Positions 8,930 through 16,678 of a stretch of 32,000 bases of DNA are shown piece by piece. The stretch is from Desulfobulbus propionicus DSM 2032 (GTDB lineage Bacteria > Desulfobacterota > Desulfobulbia > Desulfobulbales > Desulfobulbaceae). Both the position numbers and the translations under genes were made by a program. The stretch spans positions 1,140,001 to 1,172,000 of the forward strand of contig NC_014972.1 in assembly GCF_000186885.1 (NCBI RefSeq), written 5' to 3'. Below the pieces are notes generated by a model. The model worked only from the letters and a program-made list of their open reading frames with translations, was not told the DNA's origin and searched no databases. Position 1 is the stretch's first letter; each line of letters starts with the position of its first letter.

Positions 8930-9457
8930 ACCGATCATTTGCAGAATTATGCTAAAATTGCAAGCAAGTCAACTGTAATTTTTTAGAAATTAAAAAATTA
9001 AAGACTTAATGAATAAAAGATGTATAAACATTAGTAAATAGAATTCCTTGTTAAAGCGGATTGAATAGGTAGTGAAAATTTAATGAAGTTATATGTCTTA
9101 AACCTTATGTTTTGTTGATGCCTATTTGAGGCACTTTCGCTTAATGTATTTTCTATGCTGAAGTAAAGGTGCTTTACCTTGAATATTTTTCTCCAAGGAT
9201 AAATACCCCTACGTGAAGGTGAAATGGTAAGGTATCTCACGTTATCCTTATGCGGCAGAGCCAAAGCGATAAGCGGTAGAGCCTTTCGCTCATGAGAGAG
9301 CCGACAAGATTGATTTTTAGTTGTTAGCCTCCTCGGATCGATAGGGGGAGGAAAGGGGGCGCAATTTTTTCGGTAGCACTCCACCCCCTCTGAAAAACCC
9401 ACTTTTCCCACTATTCGAGTAGGCGGGGCGGCGTCTTGATGCGTATCTCCTCGGAAA

Positions 9458-9634
9458 CTATAAAAATTTCCAGTAGAAGTACACGGCGATACCAATGGTC
9501 GCTAAAACCATGACCGGTATGGGGTACAGGAAAGCCAGGACAGTGATGCAGATAATCCCGATGCCTTGGGTTGAACGAAAGAACATGCTCAAGACGGCAG
9601 CGGTAATCAGGGCGCAGGTCAGTGAAAGGATCAT
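9458..9634 (-). CDS. 58-aa predicted membrane microprotein
   Basis: MILSLTCALITAAVLSMFFRSTQGIGIICITVLAFLYPIPVMVLATIGIAVYFYWKFL. Its ATG overlaps the stop of the upstream gene (ATGA), and it falls below the apparent ORF-track length cutoff. Confidence 0.65.
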   Translation of the reverse strand: MILSLTCALITAAVLSMFFRSTQGIGIICITVLAFLYPIPVMVLATIGIAVYFYWKFL

Positions 9635-9981
9635 TTGAGCATCTCCTGTATGAAGGAACTTGGATCACAGCAGAGGTAGCTGTGCTTATCAATCAACTGA
9701 ACCAGGCCTTCGTTCAGGAGTGCGGCCAATAGAAATCCACCGGTATTGGCTGACTTTCCCTTGAAGATTGCTTGGAGCAAATCCGAGGAGATAGGCTTGT
9801 TATCTTCGACGCCCAGCCGCTCCAAGGTGACCCACTCTTTGCAAAAGAAACCACCATTCGAATTCCCATGGAGCTGGAGATAGATCACTTCTTCCCGCCT
9901 TCCAACGTGGTAGGTCAATGAGGTCTTGCCGGAGAGGGAAGGGCAATGACCTATCTTGATTATCTTGATAACTTCACTCAT
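9631..9981 (-). CDS. Hypothetical protein (116 aa) in a small overlapping operon
   Basis: Continuous ORF; ATGA overlaps at both ends with neighbouring minus-strand ORFs. Confidence 0.65.
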   Translation of the reverse strand: MSEVIKIIKIGHCPSLSGKTSLTYHVGRREEVIYLQLHGNSNGGFFCKEWVTLERLGVEDNKPISSDLLQAIFKGKSANTGGFLLAALLNEGLVQLIDKHSYLCCDPSSFIQEMLK

Positions 9982-10229
9982 GATTGAATCTCCCTGCTGA
10001 GTTCCCAGGCATCCAGCCCCATATCGATATAGTCGCGTTCATCCAGGTGGTGCTCGATGGCTGCTTTGACTTCCTCCATGGCGAGTTGGATGTCTTCCGG
10101 TGTGAGATAGAGGGCATCCGGTCCGAGCCGCTGGACGATTGCTTTGAGAACGGATTCGGAGGTGAAACTGTGAAGTGCGTCTTGGGGGCTGATTTGAGAG
10201 AGTTGGGTAATGATTTCTTGGTGTGTCAT
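9978..10229 (-). CDS. Hypothetical acidic small protein (83 aa)
   Basis: MTHQEIITQLSQISPQDALHSFTSESVLKAIVQRLGPDALYLTPEDIQLAMEEVKAAIEHHLDERDYIDMGLDAWELSREIQS. Its stop overlaps the next start. Confidence 0.65.
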   Translation of the reverse strand: MTHQEIITQLSQISPQDALHSFTSESVLKAIVQRLGPDALYLTPEDIQLAMEEVKAAIEHHLDERDYIDMGLDAWELSREIQS

Positions 10230-10296
10230 AATGGGCTCCTATTGGCTGGAAATAAAAAAGCCCCATGGCTGAGTAGCCGCAGGGCGATAACGGGAC

Positions 10297-10320
10297 ATGA
10301 AAGCTTGTTTAGGCTTTCAT
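10297..10320. repeat. Inverted repeat ATGAAAGC…GCTTTCAT in the divergent intergenic region
   Basis: Read directly (atgaaagcttgtttaggctttcat). Confidence 0.6.
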
Positions 10321-10907
10321 ATAAGATGGCGGATTAGGCGAAATAGGAGCAGGTTCGTTATGGGATGCTGTTAGATTAGCCCTAGGGGAGGTAAATAAAA
10401 TTCTTCTATGTGTTGATTTTATGAGTCTGTATATACGTGGTTTTGATCGATGAATAGGTATATTTACCGGGGTTGATTTTTTGGTGTTGTAGGGGTAGAT
10501 GAAAATAAGATTCTATCCATCAAATCATGTGGTTCTGTGCGATAGAAGATTAGCACCGTTCCATATTGCGTTTTGCCTTATCAACGGCCTTTTATTTGGT
10601 GATGCTAAGTATAGCCGCATTTTATTGGAGTCTTTTTATGAAATAGGTGCCGTTGGATCCAATTTGGTGAAGTCAATATTCATTGGAACTATCTTGACCA
10701 GTTAAAAAACACCGCTTCTTCAATCTTGATTACCCTATCACTTTTTATCTTTTTTTGACTTTGTCTTATTTATTAATCTAACTACGAGAATTGTTTCAAT
10801 ATTGTGAAATTACATAAACATTTAACAAGTGCGACGGCTGAGTATCTCATATAAAAATTGGTCCAACCATATTGATATGTGTCCAAATATAAAAAGGAAT
10901 CACCCCT

Positions 10908-12671
10908 ATGTCACAACTCAGATTTCATGTTGACACGCGTTTAGCTTTTCTGCTGAGTGAGAATTACAGATCAACTGAAAATGCAATCAAAGAGCTTGTT
11001 GACAACGCTTGGGACGCAGATGCTGAAAGAGTAAAAGTGTTCTTACCTGAACCGCTAACAGTCAATCCTGAAATTATCGTTGAAGATGATGGAACAGGTA
11101 TGATCGAAGAGGAATTACGTCGAGAATATCTCTTTATTGCCAGTGATCGGCGGCAGAGGCGTGGAGAAAGAACTGCGTCAAAAAAGCGAAAAGTTAAAGG
11201 GAGAAAGGGTATTGGTAAATTTGCTGGTCTAATGACAGCATCAACCATGAAACTAGAAACTTGCGCACGAGGTATATGTTCTTCATTTTCCGTTACCAGA
11301 GATGAATTCAAGAAATTTGATGATATCGAGGGGATGCCCATTAATTTGTTTACAAAAAAGGTTTCTCAAGAAAAACATGGCACAAGAATAATATTATCAA
11401 ACTTGAACCAAGACCTAACCTTTCCAAATCCAACCAAATTAAAACAATTACTCATTCAAGAATACGGCAGGGAAATTGATTTCAATGTTGAAGTCAATGG
11501 GAAGGAGCTCGGTATTGACGATGTTCAAGGCAATTTTACTGAAATAAAAAAGGAAATTCCAAAAGTTGGAGAAGTTAATCTTCAGTTTACAATTAGCAAT
11601 CAGAAAAGAAAATTAAGACAGCCTGGTATAGCTATTAGAGTAGGTGGTAAAATAGTTGGAAATCCTAGCTTTTTTGGCTTGGAAAAGGTGGACGATTTTC
11701 CACCGAAGCTATTGGATAAACTATACGGTGAAGTTGAGGCTGATGGTCTTGCGGACCATGTTACTGCTGACTGGGGCGCATTAATCGAAAATAGTGAACT
11801 GCTTAAAAAGGTAGAAGATGTTTTTCAACCTATTCTGAAAGAAAAATTTAAAGAAGAATATGGCAGAGAAATTAATCTAGCTCAGGCAAGACTCAAAAAA
11901 AAGATAAATGAGAGGCTTGCATTACTACCTGAACACAAACGAGAATACGCAGACAAAGCTATTAAAAAAATCCTCCAAAGGTACTATGGAGAGCCAGAAT
12001 CAAAATTGGAGCCTATTGTTAATGTTGTCTTGGATTCACTGGAACGATCTGATTATAGGATAGTGATTGAGCATCTATATGAGGCAAGTAATTCTGATAT
12101 TGCCACATTGGCAGAAGTGCTTTGTGAGTTTGGATTAATTGAATTAGCAATTATGGCAGAACAGACAAATGGCCGTTTGACTTTCCTTGATTATCTTGAG
12201 CAAATCTGTATAAATCCAACAACATTAGAAGAACTTCCCCATAAAGCTATTGAGAATAATCTATGGGTAATTGGACATGAATTCACTCTATTCAGTTCGA
12301 ATAAAACACTTAAACGTCAAGTTGAGGAATATTTAGAGAAAGATTACAAAAGCAACATTGGAGAAAAGCGACCTGATTTGCTTCTCAATGAAAACATTCT
12401 TCAAGAATACCTTCTTATTGAATTTAAACGCCCAAGTCACAACCTGATATATAAAGATTATCAACAAGCCACTCGCTACAGAAATGACTTTGGGAAATAT
12501 ACAGACAAGGAAATCAAGGTGGTAATTATTGGCGGAAAAAGGGGGGGCGATCTACCACCAAAGAAGCACAGAGAGCCCTCAGTCGAAATACTTGTGTACC
12601 CTGAGCTTATTTCTGCGGCGCGTAAGCGTCTAGACTGGTTGTTGAAAGAGCTGAGAAATAGAACAAATTGA
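10908..12671 (+). CDS. GHKL-type ATPase (MORC/MutL-like) with C-terminal PD-(D/E)XK-like nuclease motif; candidate defence protein
   Basis: Bergerat-fold motifs: N box IKELVDNAWDADA, G1 EDDGTGM, G2 GRKGIGKF. C-terminal RPDLLLNENILQEYLLIEFKRPSHNLIYKDYQQATRY resembles the D…ExK core of DUF4263/Shedu-like nucleases. Confidence 0.8.
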   Translation: MSQLRFHVDTRLAFLLSENYRSTENAIKELVDNAWDADAERVKVFLPEPLTVNPEIIVEDDGTGMIEEELRREYLFIASDRRQRRGERTASKKRKVKGRKGIGKFAGLMTASTMKLETCARGICSSFSVTRDEFKKFDDIEGMPINLFTKKVSQEKHGTRIILSNLNQDLTFPNPTKLKQLLIQEYGREIDFNVEVNGKELGIDDVQGNFTEIKKEIPKVGEVNLQFTISNQKRKLRQPGIAIRVGGKIVGNPSFFGLEKVDDFPPKLLDKLYGEVEADGLADHVTADWGALIENSELLKKVEDVFQPILKEKFKEEYGREINLAQARLKKKINERLALLPEHKREYADKAIKKILQRYYGEPESKLEPIVNVVLDSLERSDYRIVIEHLYEASNSDIATLAEVLCEFGLIELAIMAEQTNGRLTFLDYLEQICINPTTLEELPHKAIENNLWVIGHEFTLFSSNKTLKRQVEEYLEKDYKSNIGEKRPDLLLNENILQEYLLIEFKRPSHNLIYKDYQQATRYRNDFGKYTDKEIKVVIIGGKRGGDLPPKKHREPSVEILVYPELISAARKRLDWLLKELRNRTN

Positions 12672-12880
12672 AATCACATATCAAGTCAATAAACCTGACC
12701 GGAAATAGCGGCGTTCTTAAATGGTGGGCAATACGTCGGCCGGCAAATTATTTCACCGTTACGAGTCAATATTGCTCCTGTTTATTTTAACCTGAGTCGT
12801 TTCCTCTAATTTGAGGAAAATTTGGATCATAAACAATAGAAAGTATTTTTCAGTAAAACCTACGATCATTGGAGGCAATC

Positions 12881-13375
12881 ATGACAATTTCATCTTCTGA
12901 AGCTCAGCTTGAATTGACGCTCTTGAATGCAAAAACGAACGGTTTTGATGAGCACGATGCATTTACATCGTTTGTCAATGCTGGCTTGCCAATGGAAATA
13001 ATTTTAAGGTTAAAAGAGCTGTGGGGGGCAACCAAAGTTCTGGGGGGTAAGGTTATTCGTATTGGCAAGATAATAGTCATAGAGATCATTAAATTCATTA
13101 ATGAAAATCCAAATTTGGCCACAGGGGTTGCCGTGGGGGCCGCAGTCGGGTCATTGATCAGTCTTGTGCCTTATCTGGGTCCGTTGCTAGCGCCGCTTTC
13201 AACTGCTATTGGAGCTTTGTTAGGGGGGCTGGCAGGAGCAAGGCTTGATCGCACTAATAAAAATGCACAAGGAATCGTTGGAGTTGCTCAAGATGTCATT
13301 GTTGTAGCTCGCAAATTTTTTGAATTGCTTGCATCTATTTTTATGGCTCTAAAAGAAAAATTGAATGATGAATAA
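12881..13375 (+). CDS. Small protein with glycine-rich membrane/glycine-zipper segment
   Basis: Start MTISSSEAQ preceded by GGAGG. Hydrophobic Gly-rich segment ATGVAVGAAVGSLISLVPYLGPLLAPLSTAIGALLGGLAGARLD. Confidence 0.65.
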   Translation: MTISSSEAQLELTLLNAKTNGFDEHDAFTSFVNAGLPMEIILRLKELWGATKVLGGKVIRIGKIIVIEIIKFINENPNLATGVAVGAAVGSLISLVPYLGPLLAPLSTAIGALLGGLAGARLDRTNKNAQGIVGVAQDVIVVARKFFELLASIFMALKEKLNDE

Positions 13376-13386
13376 AAGATGCGAGT

Positions 13387-13944
13387 ATGAAAAAACCCAC
13401 GATTGATGAATATATTCAAGCCTTAGAAAAGATGAAGGAAAGCCCAGGTGACCGGATTGGGATATTGGGAGAATTAGGAGTGACAGGGTTAGGGGTTACA
13501 GCAGGAGTGGCACTTTCTGGTACTGTTGCAGGAGCCGCTGGAGCAGCTACCCTTGCTGGATCGACAACATTGGCATCTATTTTAGGCGGGATATTTGTAA
13601 CTACAACTCCTATTGGATGGGTGGTTGGTGCTGCATTCACAGGAGGAGTGTTGGCCTATACAGCAAGTCAGATGATACGAAGCGGAGAAAAATGTGATAT
13701 CTATAAAACAGAAACGATTAAAGAGCTTGAGAATAGAGTTAAAATTTTGCGAAACGAGGCTGAATATTCTTCGCTGCATGAAGAAAAGATGAAAAAAATA
13801 ATAACGAGTTTGCAATTTTTGGTAGCTAATACGATTGTGACTCAAGAAAAATCAACTGAATTGTTGGCAGCGATTGAATCGGGGATTTTGAGTATTGATG
13901 ATGCTTTTGATTTGGTCGAGGAATTGTTGAAAGAGAACAGATAA
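13387..13944 (+). CDS. Small protein with long glycine/alanine-rich hydrophobic segment and coiled C-terminus
   Basis: GVTGLGVTAGVALSGTVAGAAGAATLAGSTTLASILGGIFVTTTPIGWVVGAAFTGGVLAYTASQM followed by a charged helical tail. Starts 11 nt after the upstream stop. Confidence 0.65.
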   Translation: MKKPTIDEYIQALEKMKESPGDRIGILGELGVTGLGVTAGVALSGTVAGAAGAATLAGSTTLASILGGIFVTTTPIGWVVGAAFTGGVLAYTASQMIRSGEKCDIYKTETIKELENRVKILRNEAEYSSLHEEKMKKIITSLQFLVANTIVTQEKSTELLAAIESGILSIDDAFDLVEELLKENR

Positions 13945-14019
13945 TCAATTTTTAATTTAATGAGGCGCCTGACCACAACGGATCAAGCGCCTTTCTAAGT
14001 CAATGATTTGGGGAAGAAC

Positions 14020-15594
14020 TTACACCGGGCGAATCTCCACCTTGCCGGTCAGGAACTCTTTCACCGCACCGATCGGTACTTCCTTCCGGTGAAAGATGCC
14101 CGCTGCCAGGGCCGCTTCGGCGTTGGTCTTGGTAAACACCTCCAGGAAATGTTCCGCACATCCCGCACCGCTGGAGGCAATCACCGGGATGGTCACCGCC
14201 GCACGAACCGCATTGATCAGTTCAATGTCAAAGCCGGAGTTGGTGCCGTCCTTGTCGATACAGTTCAGGAGAATCTCGCCAGCTCCTAGCTGCTCACAGA
14301 CATGAGCCAGGGTGACCGCATCCACAGGGCGTCCTTCCCGGCCACCCTTGACGGTGCACTGGTACCAGCAGAAGCGCTCGCCATTGGGGCCGGGAAAACC
14401 AGTCTCGATCACCCGGTGTGGCACTGCCTCGGGGCTGTCAACATAGACCCGGCGCGGATCGATCGAGATCACCACCGCCTGGTTGCCATACACCCGGGCA
14501 ATCTGCTCGATGGAACTCAGGCCCGTGGCCTGGCCGGTTTTGAGCACCTGCTCGACGATCTCCACCGCGTCGGAACCGATGGACACCTTGTCCGCGCCGG
14601 CGCGGAAGTAGCGCGAGGCCACCTCCAGGGCGCTGTAGAAGCGGCCGTCGCGGTCGGTGAAGTCGCGGATGCCGCCGCCGATGGTTAGGGGAACAAAGAC
14701 GTTTTTCGAGGTCTGCTCCAGCACGTCGAGCATGGGCATGTCCTGGAGCGGAAAGTCGCGGAACCCGGTGATGTTGAGGAAGGTGATCTCGTCCGCGCCC
14801 TGCTCGTAGTAGTCGCCGGCCAGTTCCACCGGCTTGCCCAGATTGCGCACCGTGCCCTCGTCGCGGACATCGTACTGATCGCCCTTGGTCACCACCAGAT
14901 CACCCCGGTCGTTGGCGCGCACATCCAGGCAGGCGATGATGCGCTTGGCCAGGACCGTGGTCTGCGGGCAGGCGTTGGGACGCACGGCTTCGCGGTTGCC
15001 GGCGAGGAAATTCTCCAACAGCCTGAGGCCGGCGCGGCCGCTCTTTTCCGGATGGAACTGGGTGGCCACCATGGCCCCGCGCTGGATAGCGCTGACAAAT
15101 TCGTAGCCGTAGTCGGTGGTGGTGAGGATGTCGTCGCGCGAGGCCGGAGCCACATGAAAGGAGTGGACGAAATAGAACTTTTCATTGCCGGCCAGGCCCT
15201 GGAACAGCGGCGAGGCCTGGTGCATCTTCAGCCCGTTCCAGCCGATGTGCGGGATGGCGAGATCGCAGGTGAACCGCTGCACCCGGCCGGGCAGAATACC
15301 GAGCCCCGGTTCGTCCGGCGCCTCCTCGCTCGACTCGAACAGGGCCTGGAGGGCGACGCAGATGCCGAAAAAGGGTTTGCCCGAGTGCAGATAGCGGACC
15401 AGCGGTTCGCGCAGCTGTTTGTCGCGCAGGGTGTGCATCAGGGCGCCAAAGTTGCCCACGCCGGGAAAGACGAGCCGCTCGGCACGGTCGATGTCCGCGC
15501 CGCTGTTGACCAGCATCACGGTTTCGCCGAGCCGTTCGATGGCATTGATGACCGAGCGGACATTGCCGGCGCCGTAATCAAGAAGAGTAATCAT
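14020..15594 (-). CDS. hisHF: Fused imidazole glycerol phosphate synthase HisHF (glutaminase + cyclase); 3' end apparently supplied by the inserted element
   Basis: HisH motifs [30 protein letters not shown] and [10 protein letters not shown]; HisF motifs [11 protein letters not shown] and [20 protein letters not shown]. Confidence 0.95.
   Translation of the reverse strand: MITLLDYGAGNVRSVINAIERLGETVMLVNSGADIDRAERLVFPGVGNFGALMHTLRDKQLREPLVRYLHSGKPFFGICVALQALFESSEEAPDEPGLGILPGRVQRFTCDLAIPHIGWNGLKMHQASPLFQGLAGNEKFYFVHSFHVAPASRDDILTTTDYGYEFVSAIQRGAMVATQFHPEKSGRAGLRLLENFLAGNREAVRPNACPQTTVLAKRIIACLDVRANDRGDLVVTKGDQYDVRDEGTVRNLGKPVELAGDYYEQGADEITFLNITGFRDFPLQDMPMLDVLEQTSKNVFVPLTIGGGIRDFTDRDGRFYSALEVASRYFRAGADKVSIGSDAVEIVEQVLKTGQATGLSSIEQIARVYGNQAVVISIDPRRVYVDSPEAVPHRVIETGFPGPNGERFCWYQCTVKGGREGRPVDAVTLAHVCEQLGAGEILLNCIDKDGTNSGFDIELINAVRAAVTIPVIASSGAGCAEHFLEVFTKTNAEAALAAGIFHRKEVPIGAVKEFLTGKVEIRPV
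14346..14372. repeat. Right attachment-core-like direct repeat (27 bp)
   Basis: cccttgacggtgcactggtaccagcag, identical to 5203-5229. Confidence 0.8.
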
Positions 15595-15790
15595 GGTTTT
15601 TTCTGCTCAGATACTTGCAAGGAGCGGAGAGAAACAGTACAAGGTCAGGCGTGCCGGTCTTCAGCGGTCCATGTGCCGGTTTTTCCCCGCGTTTGCCCGT
15701 AACGTGTGAAGTTGTTTATCCAATAGCCGGAAAAAAACGTTTTGTAGAGCAGTTTCCGGTTCAAGTCAAGATCAATTCCAGTCTCGCCCT

Positions 15791-16678
15791 ATGCAAGCCA
15801 TTCTCCTCGCCGCAGGCTACGGAACCCGTCTGCGTCCCTATACCGATATTCGGCCCAAACCGCTGTTCCCGGTGGTCAACCAGCCGCTGTTGCACCGTCT
15901 GCTTGGCCAGTTGCAGGCCCGCGACTGCTGGCCGGTGCTGGTCAACTGCCACCATCTGGCCGCCCAGATCGAAACCGCTCTGGCACCGTGGCCCGGGATA
16001 CTCATCCAGCACGAGCCGGAGATCCTCGGTACCGGCGGGGCGTTGCGCAAGGGACTCGATCGCCTGGACAACGATCCGGTGCTGGTGATGAACGGCGATC
16101 TCTATCACGACATCGATCCGGAGTGGGTTTACCACCGGCATCTGCTGTCGAAAAACGATGTCACCCTGGCCCTGCACGACTATCCCCGCTTCAATACCGT
16201 GGGCGTGGAGGGCGACCGGGTGCGGAGCTTCGGCGACGGTCAGGGCGAACAACTGGCCTTCACCGGCATCCATGTGGTCGATCCGGAGGTGATCGAGCGG
16301 ATACCGGCCGGCAGGTTCCACCACATCATCGATCTTTATCGTGAGTTGGCCGCAGCTGGCAAGGTGGGCTACTGCCGGGTGGATGGCCGCTGCTGGCGGG
16401 ACATCGGTACCCCGGCGGATTACCTTGACCTGCACCGGGAACTGCTGGCGGCACACGAGGGGTGGGTGATCGATCCGTCCGCCCGCCTCGGCAGTGGAGT
16501 GGTGCTGGAAGAGTGGGGCTGCATCGGCGCTGGCGCGATGATCGGCGATGGTGCCCGTTTGTGCCGCAGCGTGGTCTGGGACGGGGCGGAGATCGCGGCG
16601 GGCAGCCGGTTCAGCGATGCCATTGTCAGCGGCGATGCGGCCATCGACGCGGCGGCCTGTTCAGCGGGCCAGCCATGA
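15791..16678 (+). CDS. Nucleotidyltransferase (sugar-1-phosphate NTP transferase, MurU-like)
   Basis: MQAILLAAGYGTRLRPYTDIRPKPLFPVVNQPLL; ILGTGGALRKGLD; VLVMNGDLYHDID. Confidence 0.85.
   Translation: MQAILLAAGYGTRLRPYTDIRPKPLFPVVNQPLLHRLLGQLQARDCWPVLVNCHHLAAQIETALAPWPGILIQHEPEILGTGGALRKGLDRLDNDPVLVMNGDLYHDIDPEWVYHRHLLSKNDVTLALHDYPRFNTVGVEGDRVRSFGDGQGEQLAFTGIHVVDPEVIERIPAGRFHHIIDLYRELAAAGKVGYCRVDGRCWRDIGTPADYLDLHRELLAAHEGWVIDPSARLGSGVVLEEWGCIGAGAMIGDGARLCRSVVWDGAEIAAGSRFSDAIVSGDAAIDAAACSAGQP

Larger units (their letters stand above)
5230..14372. mobile_element. ~9.1 kb integrative satellite-like element inserted in hisF
   Basis: Bounded by the 27-bp core repeats and duplicated hisF 3' segments. 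Contains a tyrosine integrase at one end, a D5/P4-like helicase-primase, small overlapping ORFs and divergent cargo. Lower GC than flanks. No structural phage genes recognised. Confidence 0.85.

Noticed and set aside
9031-9495. 154-aa minus-strand ORF
   Set aside because: Composition is not coding-like and it overlaps the coupled 58-aa membrane ORF in another frame.
10499-10705. 68-aa plus-strand ORF in the AT-rich gap before the GHKL gene
   Set aside because: No convincing motif and unclear coding character. A real small protein cannot be excluded but is not supported.
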